From the NCBI GenBank assembly GCA_964410585.1, contig CAYPFW010000001.1, forward strand, positions 224,001 to 288,000: 64,000 nucleotides of DNA, in the 5' to 3' direction. Below are positions 47,987 to 57,714 of this stretch, one piece after another. The notes below the pieces were generated by a model, which worked only from the letters and a program-made list of their open reading frames with translations, was not told the origin of the DNA and did no database searches. The translations under genes were made by a program, and so were the position numbers. How positions within the stretch are numbered: position 1 is the first letter of the stretch; each line of letters opens with the position of its first letter. The DNA is from an uncultured archaeon. GTDB taxonomy: Archaea; Aenigmatarchaeota; Aenigmatarchaeia; QMZP01; JACQNV01.

Positions 47987-49738
47987 ATGTGCGGAATTGT
48001 CGGCTATTGGTCAAAAAATGAAAGCAATGTAGGCAATATCCTTTTAAACAGCCTAAAGAATCTAGAATATAGGGGGTATGATTCTTGGGGAATTGTTGTT
48101 TTGGGTAATAAACTAAACCTAATAAAAAAAGTAGGCAAAATAGGACAAATTGAAAACCTGAATTTCAAAGGCAAAATAGGTATAGGTCATACTCGATGGG
48201 CCACACATGGGGGTGTTTCTGAGAAAAACTCTCACCCGCATTCAGATTGCACAGAAAACATATTTGTTGCACACAATGGAATAGTTGAAAATTTTCAAGA
48301 ATTAAAAGCAAAACTAGTGGAAAAGGGTCATGCATTCAAATCAGAAACAGATACAGAAGTTATCCCACACTTAATTGAGGAGTATAGCAAAAAATCAGAC
48401 TTCAAGGAAGCTGTTTTGAAGACACTAAAGGACCTAAAAGGCTCATATGCTTTGGTCATTTTGAACAAAAACCTAAATCAGCTTGTTGCGGCAAAAAAAG
48501 ACTCCCCGCTTGTCTTAGGTGTTGGAAAACACGAATACTTTATTGCATCCGACGTACCTGCTTTTTTAGAACATACAAAAAAAGTTGTTTATTTGGAAGA
48601 TGGGGATGTTGTTTTTTTAGACGAAGCTTATCATATAGAAAACTTAAAAAAGGGGGAAATAAAAAGGCCGATAGAAACAATAAGTTGGTCGATTGAACAG
48701 GCCCAAAAAGGAAACTATCCACACTTTATGCTAAAGGAAATAACAGAACAGAAAAACACAATAAAAAGAGCTATTGAGCAAGACTCCTTGGTTTTTGAAA
48801 GAGCTGTAAAGTCGATAAAAGACGCATACGGAGTCTTTTTTGTTGGATGTGGAACAAGCTATCATGCATGTATATCTGCATCATATATTTTTTCAAAAGT
48901 TTCCAAAAAACACGTTAATGTCGTCCTAGCATCTGAATTTAGAAACTATGAACATTTTTTAACAGATAAAACTTTAGTTGTTTGCGTTTCCCAATCCGGA
49001 GAAACAGCAGATGTTTTAGATGCAATAAAATTTGCCAAAAAACATGGATGCAAAACTCTGTCTATTTGTAATGTTGTCGGCTCGACACTAACACGCTTAT
49101 CTGATCTTAGTATAATGATGAATTCAGGACCTGAAATTTGCGTGCTATCTACAAAAAGTTATACAAGTCAATTGACTATTTTGCTTTTGCTTTCATACGC
49201 AATTTCAGGAAAAATTGAAGAGGGAAAGAAGCTAATTGAAAAAACATCAAAAGAAGCTTCAGGATTAATAGATTATTCTATAAAAAACCTGAAACAACTT
49301 GCTGAAAAAATAAAATCAGCACATGATATTTTTTTGATTGGAAGAGACTTAGCCTTCCCTTCTGCCTTGGAAGGTGCTTTAAAAATAAAAGAAGTCAGCT
49401 ATATTCATGCAGAAGGCTTTGCTGGAGGCGAATTAAAGCACGGTACAATAGCCTTAATTGATAAAGGCGTTCCATGTATTGTTTTGGTTACAAAAGATAC
49501 AAAAGATTTGATACTCAGCAATGCAATGGAAATCAAATCAAGGGGTGGCTATATTATCGGAATAGGAGAAGATAATAATAGCATTTTTGATTATCATATA
49601 CCAGTTTCCTCTTTAGGCGATTCTGATCCAATTGCTATGATTATACCAATCCAAATTCTTGCATATTACTTAGCTGTTTCAAGAGGATGTGATCCTGATA
49701 AACCAAGAAATTTGGCCAAAAGCGTCACCGTGAGATAA
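47987..49738 (+). CDS. glmS: Glutamine--fructose-6-phosphate transaminase (isomerizing)
   Basis: MCGIVG, LEYRGYDS, GHTRWATHG, SQSGETAD and DKPRNLAKSVTV. Confidence 0.97.
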   Translation: MCGIVGYWSKNESNVGNILLNSLKNLEYRGYDSWGIVVLGNKLNLIKKVGKIGQIENLNFKGKIGIGHTRWATHGGVSEKNSHPHSDCTENIFVAHNGIVENFQELKAKLVEKGHAFKSETDTEVIPHLIEEYSKKSDFKEAVLKTLKDLKGSYALVILNKNLNQLVAAKKDSPLVLGVGKHEYFIASDVPAFLEHTKKVVYLEDGDVVFLDEAYHIENLKKGEIKRPIETISWSIEQAQKGNYPHFMLKEITEQKNTIKRAIEQDSLVFERAVKSIKDAYGVFFVGCGTSYHACISASYIFSKVSKKHVNVVLASEFRNYEHFLTDKTLVVCVSQSGETADVLDAIKFAKKHGCKTLSICNVVGSTLTRLSDLSIMMNSGPEICVLSTKSYTSQLTILLLLSYAISGKIEEGKKLIEKTSKEASGLIDYSIKNLKQLAEKIKSAHDIFLIGRDLAFPSALEGALKIKEVSYIHAEGFAGGELKHGTIALIDKGVPCIVLVTKDTKDLILSNAMEIKSRGGYIIGIGEDNNSIFDYHIPVSSLGDSDPIAMIIPIQILAYYLAVSRGCDPDKPRNLAKSVTVR

Positions 49739-49739
49739 T

Positions 49740-50393
49740 ATGATAGAAGCTGTTATTTTCGACATGGATGGAGTGATTGCTAATTCTGAACCAATACACG
49801 ATAAAGCCTCAGATATTGTTTTGAAAAGATATGGAATAAAACTTGACAAAAGCATGGACAGTAAAATCAATGATGAGTTTAGAGGTTGCACAGAAGAGTT
49901 TTTCTGGAAAACATTTTGTAAAAGATTTAGGCTTAAACAAAATTATAAAAAGCTGATGAAAGAAAAACAGATAGTATATTTAGAACTTATCAAAGAACAT
50001 TTAGAACCAATCCCTGGTTCTGTTGAATTAATAAAAAATTTGAAAACAAAATACAAGATTGGACTCGCGTCTAGTTCTTCGTCCAAAGAAATAGGTTTTA
50101 TACTCAAAAAACTCAAAATAAAAAAATATTTTGATGTAATTACTTCTGGTGAATTTGTGAAAAATTCAAAGCCGGCTCCTGACATTTATCTAGAAACAGC
50201 CAGAAAACTTGGAATAAAACCAGAAAATTGTCTAGTTTTCGAAGATGCTGTTAACGGTGTGAAAGCAGCAAAAGCAGCTGGAATGAAATGCATAGCAATA
50301 ACAACTTCTTTTGGCAAAAAAGACTTAAAAGGGACTGACTTAATAATTGATAGTTTTGAAGGGTTTAATTTGGAAATTATTGATAAATTATGA
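49740..50393 (+). CDS. HAD-IA phosphatase (beta-phosphoglucomutase-like)
   Basis: FDMDGVI, SKPAPDIY and VFEDA..GVKAAKAAGM. Confidence 0.9.
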   Translation: MIEAVIFDMDGVIANSEPIHDKASDIVLKRYGIKLDKSMDSKINDEFRGCTEEFFWKTFCKRFRLKQNYKKLMKEKQIVYLELIKEHLEPIPGSVELIKNLKTKYKIGLASSSSSKEIGFILKKLKIKKYFDVITSGEFVKNSKPAPDIYLETARKLGIKPENCLVFEDAVNGVKAAKAAGMKCIAITTSFGKKDLKGTDLIIDSFEGFNLEIIDKL

Positions 50394-51079
50394 CAGAAAA
50401 AGTTGTTGCAATAACAGGCGCATACAAAGGTTTAGGCGCAGAGCTTTCAGAATTGTTAGCTAAAAAAGGATACAAACTGATTATTGGCGGAAGGGACAAA
50501 AAAGGATTAAAAAGCTTTTCAGAAAAAATTGGAAAACTGACTCCAGTCGAGCCTATTGTTGTTGACGTGAGAAACAAAAAGCAGTGTGAAGAGTTTGTTC
50601 AAGCTGCTGTAAAAAAATTTGGAAGATTGGATATTTTGATAAACAATGCTGGATTTTTGGGAAAGAAAATAGATTTTGAAAATATAGAGGAAAACGAATT
50701 GAGGGAAACATTTGAAACAAATTTTTTCGGCGCTTTCTTTTGCTCTCAAGAAGCTGTTAGGCTAATGAAAAAACAAAACAGTGGACTTATTTTGAATATT
50801 GGGTCAACTGCTTCTGTGGATTACACAACAAACAATATTGGATATGCGGCTTCAAAATCTGCGCTTATTGGGCTTACTACATGTTTGAGAAATGATCTAT
50901 CAGAAACTGAAATTCAGGTAAAAGTATTTCATCCAGGTGGAATGAAAACCGATTTGTTTAGAAAACATCAACCAGAAAGAAAAACAAAAGATTTTATGGA
51001 TACAAAATATGTTGCAGAAAAAATATTTGAGTTTATGGAAACAGACGAGTGGTCTTCTGCTTTAAGGAGAAAAGAATAG
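50390..51079 (+). CDS. SDR family oxidoreductase
   Basis: ITGAYKGLG, LINNAG and YAASK. Confidence 0.92.
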   Translation: MTEKVVAITGAYKGLGAELSELLAKKGYKLIIGGRDKKGLKSFSEKIGKLTPVEPIVVDVRNKKQCEEFVQAAVKKFGRLDILINNAGFLGKKIDFENIEENELRETFETNFFGAFFCSQEAVRLMKKQNSGLILNIGSTASVDYTTNNIGYAASKSALIGLTTCLRNDLSETEIQVKVFHPGGMKTDLFRKHQPERKTKDFMDTKYVAEKIFEFMETDEWSSALRRKE

Positions 51080-51080
51080 T

Positions 51081-52037
51081 ATGAACAAAAAATTCGTCGT
51101 AATAGGTGGAGGAACAGGATCATTCACTTTGCTAAAAGGACTCAAGAAATATACAGACCAAATAACCGCTGTTGTGAGCATGTTTGATTCTGGTGGATCA
51201 ACAGGAAAGCTTAGAGACGAGTTTGGTATCCTCCCTCCAGGAGATGTAAGGAGGTGCCTTGTTGCGCTTTCTGCAGACGAAGATGGGACAATAAGAAAGC
51301 TTTTTGACTACAGATTTGACAAAGATGGATCTTTGAATGGACACTCGTTCGGTAATCTATTTTTAACAGCACTTACCAAAATCACTGGAAATGAAGTTGA
51401 AGCAATAAAAGAGTGTTCGCACATTTTGAATATCAAAGGAAAGGTTCTTCCAGTAACAATAGATAATTCAACACTTTGCGCAGTTCTTGAAGACGGTAAA
51501 ATAATAAAAGGGGAAACAAACATCGATATACCAAAACACAATGGGAATTTACATATAGATAGCGTGTTTTTAGAACCAGAAGCATATGTTTTTTCAGAAG
51601 TTGTCGATGAAATTTTGGAAGCAGATATTATTGTTATAGGGCCAGGTGACTTGTATACTTCTGTGATACCAAATCTTTTGGTTAAAGGCGTGTCCGAAGC
51701 TATACAACAAAGTAAGGCAAAGAAAGTATATGTTTGTAACTTAATGACAAAGCACGGAGAAACAGATGGATTCAAAGCCTCTGACTTTGTAAAACAAATT
51801 AAAAAATATCTAAAATGCGATTTGGATTTTGTTATTTTAAACAATAAAATTGGTTCAAAAGACCTTGTAAATAAATATTCAAAAGAAAGAGCATATCCTG
51901 TTAAAATAGATCAAGAAAACTTGAAAAGCATTAAAATAGTTTCTAAGGACCTTATCACAGAGCCTGACCTAATTAGGCACAGTTCAGAAAAACTTGCACA
52001 GGAAATTGCAAAAATAGCAGAGGGAAAATATGATTGA
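51081..52037 (+). CDS. yvcK: YvcK/GlmR (UPF0052) family protein
   Basis: VIGGGTG, DSGGSTGKLRDEFGILPPGDVR, GHSFGNL and GPGDLYTS.IPNL. Confidence 0.9.
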   Translation: MNKKFVVIGGGTGSFTLLKGLKKYTDQITAVVSMFDSGGSTGKLRDEFGILPPGDVRRCLVALSADEDGTIRKLFDYRFDKDGSLNGHSFGNLFLTALTKITGNEVEAIKECSHILNIKGKVLPVTIDNSTLCAVLEDGKIIKGETNIDIPKHNGNLHIDSVFLEPEAYVFSEVVDEILEADIIVIGPGDLYTSVIPNLLVKGVSEAIQQSKAKKVYVCNLMTKHGETDGFKASDFVKQIKKYLKCDLDFVILNNKIGSKDLVNKYSKERAYPVKIDQENLKSIKIVSKDLITEPDLIRHSSEKLAQEIAKIAEGKYD

Positions 52038-53214
52038 AATAGCGGCTGTTATCTTGGCTGCAGGGAAATCAACTAGAACATATCCACTAACTTTGACAAA
52101 ACCAAAGTCTCTACTTAAAGTTTTGGATAAAACTATACTTGAGCACAACCTAGAACAGCTTGATGGATTAGTAAAAGATGTTATTATTGTTGTCGGCTAT
52201 TTGGGCGACAAAATCAAACAGAAATTAGGAAATAAATTTGGAAACTTGAGTATAAAATATGTAGAACAGAAAGACCAAAACGGCACAGGCGGGGCTGTTT
52301 TGGCTTGCAAAGGGTTTTTGAAAGATAGGTTTTTGGTTTTAAACGGCGACGATTTCTATTCTAAAAAAGATATTGAAAAATGTCTGAAAAATAAGTACTG
52401 TGTTTTAGTCAAAGAAGTTGAAACCCCTCAGAATTTTGGGATAGTTCAACTAAATGGGAAAAAAATAGTTGGATTGGAGGAAAAGCCAGAAAGGCCAAAA
52501 TCTAATTTGGCAAATACAGGATTGTATGTTTTCGACAAGGAAATTTTTGAACATAGTCTCCAAAAAACAAAAAGAGGTGAATACGAAATCACTGATTATA
52601 TAAAATATTTGATAGAAAAGAAGGAGATTATAGCCGAAAAGGTTTCTGAGTATTGGATACCAACTGTATATTCTTGGAACCTTTTGGATGCTTCTGAATT
52701 CTTTTTAGGGAAAATCAAAACCAAAATAGAAGGAAAAATAGATTCAAAAGCATCTATATCTGGTAATGTTTTTGTTGGGAAAAACACAGTAGTAAAAAGC
52801 GGAGTTGTTATTGAAGGCCCTGTTTTCATTGAGGAAAATTGTACAATTGGACCAAACTGCTATATTAGACCAGGAACTGTTATTGGAAATAATTGCAAAA
52901 TTGGAAATGCAGTTGAGGTGAAAAATTCTATTTTAGGAGAAAATGTGAATATAGCACACCTTTCTTACATCGGGGATTCTATTCTTGGAAACAACATAAA
53001 TATAGCAGGTGGAACAATTTTTGCCAACCTAAGATTTGACGAAAAGAACATACACGTAAAAGTTAATGGAAAAATGATCGATACCGGAAGAAAAAAACTG
53101 GGGGCTGTTTTGGGAGACGGTGTTAAAACTGGTACAAATTGTTCTATTATGCCCGGAGTTTTATTGGAACCAAACTCTATTGTTGAACCTGGAATTGTTT
53201 TGAAACCAAAATAA
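52030..53214 (+). CDS. glmU: Bifunctional sugar-1-phosphate nucleotidyltransferase/acetyltransferase (archaeal GlmU-type)
   Basis: LAAGKSTR.YPLT..KPK N-terminal domain, plus hexapeptide repeats with HLSYIGDS and GRKKLGA. Confidence 0.88.
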   Translation: MIEIAAVILAAGKSTRTYPLTLTKPKSLLKVLDKTILEHNLEQLDGLVKDVIIVVGYLGDKIKQKLGNKFGNLSIKYVEQKDQNGTGGAVLACKGFLKDRFLVLNGDDFYSKKDIEKCLKNKYCVLVKEVETPQNFGIVQLNGKKIVGLEEKPERPKSNLANTGLYVFDKEIFEHSLQKTKRGEYEITDYIKYLIEKKEIIAEKVSEYWIPTVYSWNLLDASEFFLGKIKTKIEGKIDSKASISGNVFVGKNTVVKSGVVIEGPVFIEENCTIGPNCYIRPGTVIGNNCKIGNAVEVKNSILGENVNIAHLSYIGDSILGNNINIAGGTIFANLRFDEKNIHVKVNGKMIDTGRKKLGAVLGDGVKTGTNCSIMPGVLLEPNSIVEPGIVLKPK

Positions 53215-53312
53215 GATGCCTAGAAGATGCGGTTGATAAGATTAGATTATAGTTAAAGTCTCAAAGAACCAAAATTTGCAAACATATAAAAGCCAAGAAC
53301 CAATTAATTTAT

Positions 53313-53726
53313 ATGGCATTAGATATTCCATTTGCAGGCATTATTAATTCTTTAAACCTAGCTAACCCTGTTAGCCTTGGAGTAAACATAATTTTGAGCA
53401 CAATAGTTGGCGGAATTGTTTTCCTGATTGTGGCCGAACTTTTAGCAAAAGGATTTAGGGAAAATATCAAAGTTTACAGGGCTTTCCTGGTTGTTTTGAT
53501 CATAAACATAATAAACATGTTTGGTGTGATTAGCCTTGTTCCACAAATAAGCGTTTTGCCTTCATTTGTTATTCAGGTTTTGATTTGGATAGGTTTGGTA
53601 AAATTGGCATTCAATGGTATGTCGTTTAAACACGCAGTTGTTGTAGGTGTTGTTGGATTTATTGTAAGCATTTTGGTGATCCCTAGTTTAGTCGGGTCTG
53701 TTGCATCTCTTGTTCCTGTGAAATGA
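53313..53726 (+). CDS. Hypothetical multi-TM membrane protein
   Basis: About 4 hydrophobic helices. Confidence 0.75.
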   Translation: MALDIPFAGIINSLNLANPVSLGVNIILSTIVGGIVFLIVAELLAKGFRENIKVYRAFLVVLIINIINMFGVISLVPQISVLPSFVIQVLIWIGLVKLAFNGMSFKHAVVVGVVGFIVSILVIPSLVGSVASLVPVK

Positions 53727-53759
53727 CCCTCAGAATCGTTTCTATTAGCTTCTATCAAA

Positions 53760-55160
53760 TTAACAAATTTCCCCAACTAAATGCGTCTGTTTTGCATCCA
53801 CAATTCTGACATTTGTTTCTAACCCAAAAAGGTTTTTTTCTGATTTTATTAGAACAGCCTTGTAGGCAAAATTTCTCCCAATAAAAGATTTTTCGCCACC
53901 TATTTGGATAATGGTTTCTTTTGGATAATTTGCCATTTCACTTTTTCCTATATCATTTTCTTTTTGATACTGTAAACCTTCTATCTTTTTGTAGATTTTT
54001 TGATCAGACCTTTTACTAAAAATGTTGCGACTTACTTCGTTTATGAAAATTTTCCCAGACCACCCAATCCATTTTTTGTTGTTTTCCAAAGCTATTTTTG
54101 CAGCAAGTTCTGAACACTTCACTGATCTTTTTTTAACTTCCTGATTATTTAGTTGTTCCATTTCAGCTGCTTTTGTTCCAGGCCTTTTTCCAAACCTGGA
54201 TATGTTGACGTTGTCTGGCTTTACCTCTTTTATCAATTCTAGTGTCTGTTTAAAATCGTCTTCTGTTTCAGAAGGAAAACCTACAATTATGTCTGTTGAA
54301 ACTGTTGTTTGGGGAATTTCTTTTCTAAAAGCCTTGAGTATATTTAAAAACCTTTCTACTTTGTACCCTCTTTTCATTTCTTTCAAAACAAGATCTGAAC
54401 CAGATTGAACAGGTATATGTAGGAATTTGTAAATTTTTGGGTTTTTGTATGACTGTATCAAATCATCCAAAAACTTGTGCAAGTATACAGGATTTGACAT
54501 TCCATTTCTAAGGTAAAAATCAGCGTCTATTTTGCAGATTTCGTTCAATAAATCAGGAAGCCTTTTGCTTCCATCAATATAGGCGCCATTATCTTGAGAC
54601 GTCAGCAAAATTTCTTTTGATCCAGACTTGATCAAATTACTCACACCTCTAACAATTTCTTCAACTGAAAAGCAGGATAGGTCGCCTCTGCTTATTGTTG
54701 TTGAACAATATGTACAAGACAAGTCGCATCCCTCACTAATTTGAACAATCCCTGTCAAACCAAACGATTTTGCAAACGAGGGCTTGGAAAAAACCTCGTC
54801 TGAAAATTCTATTGGCTTTTTCCCAGAATCTATTTTTTGGAAAATTTCAGGAAGTTTGTTTACTGATCTTGTATCTAAAATTGCAGAATAATTTGGTACG
54901 TCTTTTTTTATTCTCTCCAAGCTTGATTTTGGCAGACAACCACCTATCACAATTTTCTTCCCAGATTTTGAAAGCTTTTGGAGCCTGTTTATTATTTTTT
55001 CTTCTGTTGTTTGTTTAACTCCACAAGTGTTCACAATAACAAAATCAGATTCCTTCAAACCTGTTTTTTTGTGGCCTTCTTTTTCTAAAAAAACCTGCAT
55101 TAATTCTGAATCGGCTTTGTTAGCTGTACAGCCATAGGTGATTAAATGATATTTTTTCAT
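53760..55160 (-). CDS. MiaB/MtaB-family radical SAM tRNA methylthiotransferase (probably t6A37 methylthiotransferase)
   Basis: TYGCTAN, NTCGVK, GCDLSCTYC, HIPVQSGS, TDIIVGFP and a C-terminal TRAM domain; start MKKYHL. Confidence 0.9.
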   Translation of the reverse strand: MKKYHLITYGCTANKADSELMQVFLEKEGHKKTGLKESDFVIVNTCGVKQTTEEKIINRLQKLSKSGKKIVIGGCLPKSSLERIKKDVPNYSAILDTRSVNKLPEIFQKIDSGKKPIEFSDEVFSKPSFAKSFGLTGIVQISEGCDLSCTYCSTTISRGDLSCFSVEEIVRGVSNLIKSGSKEILLTSQDNGAYIDGSKRLPDLLNEICKIDADFYLRNGMSNPVYLHKFLDDLIQSYKNPKIYKFLHIPVQSGSDLVLKEMKRGYKVERFLNILKAFRKEIPQTTVSTDIIVGFPSETEDDFKQTLELIKEVKPDNVNISRFGKRPGTKAAEMEQLNNQEVKKRSVKCSELAAKIALENNKKWIGWSGKIFINEVSRNIFSKRSDQKIYKKIEGLQYQKENDIGKSEMANYPKETIIQIGGEKSFIGRNFAYKAVLIKSEKNLFGLETNVRIVDAKQTHLVGEIC

Positions 55161-55356
55161 AAAGTATGTATATCGTTTTCTTTCTGGGTTATAAGGCTCT
55201 TTCTTTTTTGAAAAGAAAGAGGGTATATGTGCAACCATAGGTTAGTAGATGATATTTTGACATAACTAAGTTAAAGGCGATAAGTTTTTATAGCTTGCTG
55301 TTTTTATTCCTTGGGTTTAAATTGCTTTCTTTTAAATCTTAAACAAGGCTAAATGG

Positions 55357-56109
55357 ATGTTTATGTCAAAAAAACACAAGCATAAAACACCCTCAGAAAG
55401 ATTTAGAGAACCCAGTAGAGTTTTGTATAGTCCTAGCTGGGTTGTTGAGCTTGGAAACTGTCTTTATGTTGCAGACAGGGATGGAGATTTTCCATCAAAA
55501 AGATATGCTCAAATGGCAATAGACGAATTTCAATCATATAGAAACGGTTTCAATCATGATTCAGCCAGAAGAGTTTATTTAGAAAAAATGTTTTTGATAG
55601 CTGAATCAGTTTCTCAAGGAAAAAGAAGGAGAAGAGAAGATTACAAAGCTGATTTTTCAGAGCTTCTTGAGGACAGACGAATAAGAATAGAAGAAGTAAG
55701 AGAAAGAGATAAGAGATATGGACAGTGGCTAGACTCTTGGCTTTCAAAAGCACTTTCGTTTTCAGGTGGATTTTGCTTAACAAAAGTTGCATTTGATGCA
55801 CTTGCAAACTACTATGGATGGGATAAACCAGAGGTTGATCAGATAGGGTGGTTTTTAGCTGTAGGCGCTGCTACTGGATTCCCAGCTTTAGTAAAAGGTT
55901 TTCAGAGTAGAATTTTTTATGGAAGAGTAAAAGGAATAGAGAAGGAAGTTAGAAGCCAAAGGAAAGCCCTTAGGGAAAACTGGACGCGGAGCATACAGGA
56001 AGAATATAGGATGGCCATAGAAAGAGCACAGCTTGCATGGACTGAATCATTTGGAGACTTACCACTTACAGAAAAAAAGCCTGAAAATCATGTTAAAAAG
56101 AAGGCTTAA
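55357..56109 (+). CDS. Hypothetical membrane protein
   Basis: Two hydrophobic segments with charged helical flanks. Confidence 0.7.
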   Translation: MFMSKKHKHKTPSERFREPSRVLYSPSWVVELGNCLYVADRDGDFPSKRYAQMAIDEFQSYRNGFNHDSARRVYLEKMFLIAESVSQGKRRRREDYKADFSELLEDRRIRIEEVRERDKRYGQWLDSWLSKALSFSGGFCLTKVAFDALANYYGWDKPEVDQIGWFLAVGAATGFPALVKGFQSRIFYGRVKGIEKEVRSQRKALRENWTRSIQEEYRMAIERAQLAWTESFGDLPLTEKKPENHVKKKA

Positions 56110-56396
56110 ACTTCTTCCAAGTCCTCTTCTATTTTCTTAACCTTTTCTAGTTTTTCTTTTAACCTTTCAAATTTCTCTTCTAGGCGATCTTTTTCAGAAT
56201 TAAGTCTTGTTTCCCTATTACTCAGCTCAGCGAGTTTGTTCCTAAAATCAACTTCTTTGTCTTGTGTTTGTTTTATTTTCAATTTTGTTTGTGTCAACTG
56301 TTTCTCAGCAGTTGACTTTTCTGACCGTATTTTAGCAAGCTCTCTTTTTATATCACTAAGAGCCTCTTTTATTGCGGCTGCCTCGTGTTTTGCCAT
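56106..56396 (-). CDS. Small coiled-coil protein
   Basis: Continuous heptad pattern across 96 aa. Confidence 0.7.
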   Translation of the reverse strand: MAKHEAAAIKEALSDIKRELAKIRSEKSTAEKQLTQTKLKIKQTQDKEVDFRNKLAELSNRETRLNSEKDRLEEKFERLKEKLEKVKKIEEDLEEV

Positions 56397-56433
56397 ACTA
56401 CTATTTGGGGTAGCCCCTTTTTATATATGCTTG

Positions 56434-57711
56434 CTACCTTAGCTTTTTATCTATCTCCCTCACTATAGACTCTATTCTTTTTCTACCCTTATTATAGGAA
56501 GATTCTGAAATAATCTTCATTTTATATGCCTTCTCAAGGCTTTCTAATTGTTTTTGGAGTTTTTGTCTGGTTTCCTGGGCCCTTTCCAGAGTTTGCTTAT
56601 CCTTGAGGAAATCCTTATATATTTTCTCTGCGTGATCAGATTTCTTTTTCTCGAATCCAGATAATCTTCCATAATTCATGTATAGAAGTATACTAACTAA
56701 AATCACTATAATAATCGAAACCAAAACTTGTAAATTAGATGGAGCATACTGATTTGAAGTTTCTACATCTCCGTCTTTAGATATAGAAAAAAATTCTGCT
56801 GTGGACTCTATAACGACCCCATTTACTTTAACTATAACACCTAGAAGATAATCACCATCTCCTATAAAAGAGGGCAAGCCTATTTTTTTTGTCTTTTTTA
56901 CTTCCCTTTCAACAGACAGTTGTTCTGCTGTTTTAACTATTTCATTATTTTGGAGGTCTTTTACAACATACTCGACTTCTAAATCAAGCTTTGTTTTGTT
57001 TAAGTTTACTATTGTTAGATCGCCTGCTAGCTCTTGTCCCGGCACAAGCTTTCTAAATTTTGTTGATATATCTAAACTTAGGCCAATGTTAGAATTTTCT
57101 ATATTCTGTGTTACAATCACAGGTATTATTTTCTCTTTTTTCCCACCATAAATAGTGATACTGCCAGTTTGAAGATTATTATCAGACGCTAAAATTAGCA
57201 AATCAAAGCTTTTCTGGGAGTTTGGCTCAACCTCAATTTCTGTTGAGAGGGGAGATATAAAATCTGATTTACTTTCTAAAACCGCATACAGCTTGTTTAA
57301 ATTTTGATTTATTATAGAAAATGATTTTGTTAGATTGGTTTTTTGTTTTAAGTTGATCCTAATTATTTGGGGATCTGTTTTGATCTCAGTTATATTGCTG
57401 TTTACCACGGCTTTGAATTTTGTTTGTGTTGTAAACTCTTTATCAGAAGCTATAATAACAATTTCTTTTATTCCTTCGTCTTTTTGACCAGGAACAAATT
57501 TTATAAGCCCCTGTTGTGTGATTTCAAAAAGATCAGAATTATCAGACAATATAACCTCATCACCATCTGAGTCTGTGTGGCCTATAATAAGACTAAATTC
57601 CTTTCCAACTTCAAGTGACTGAGTTTTTACTGTCTCCAAAACAGGCGGAGACCCAGACAGACCAAAGACAGGAACAAGTAGGATAAGTAAGAGTATAATA
57701 GAATATTTCAT
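56434..57711 (-). CDS. Surface protein with Ig-like domains, TM helix and cytoplasmic coiled-coil tail
   Basis: Signal peptide; DSDGD..LF.I...GLIKF.P (He_PIG-like); TM followed by a charged tail. Confidence 0.8.
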   Translation of the reverse strand: MKYSIILLLILLVPVFGLSGSPPVLETVKTQSLEVGKEFSLIIGHTDSDGDEVILSDNSDLFEITQQGLIKFVPGQKDEGIKEIVIIASDKEFTTQTKFKAVVNSNITEIKTDPQIIRINLKQKTNLTKSFSIINQNLNKLYAVLESKSDFISPLSTEIEVEPNSQKSFDLLILASDNNLQTGSITIYGGKKEKIIPVIVTQNIENSNIGLSLDISTKFRKLVPGQELAGDLTIVNLNKTKLDLEVEYVVKDLQNNEIVKTAEQLSVEREVKKTKKIGLPSFIGDGDYLLGVIVKVNGVVIESTAEFFSISKDGDVETSNQYAPSNLQVLVSIIIVILVSILLYMNYGRLSGFEKKKSDHAEKIYKDFLKDKQTLERAQETRQKLQKQLESLEKAYKMKIISESSYNKGRKRIESIVREIDKKLR

Positions 57712-57714
57712 AGA

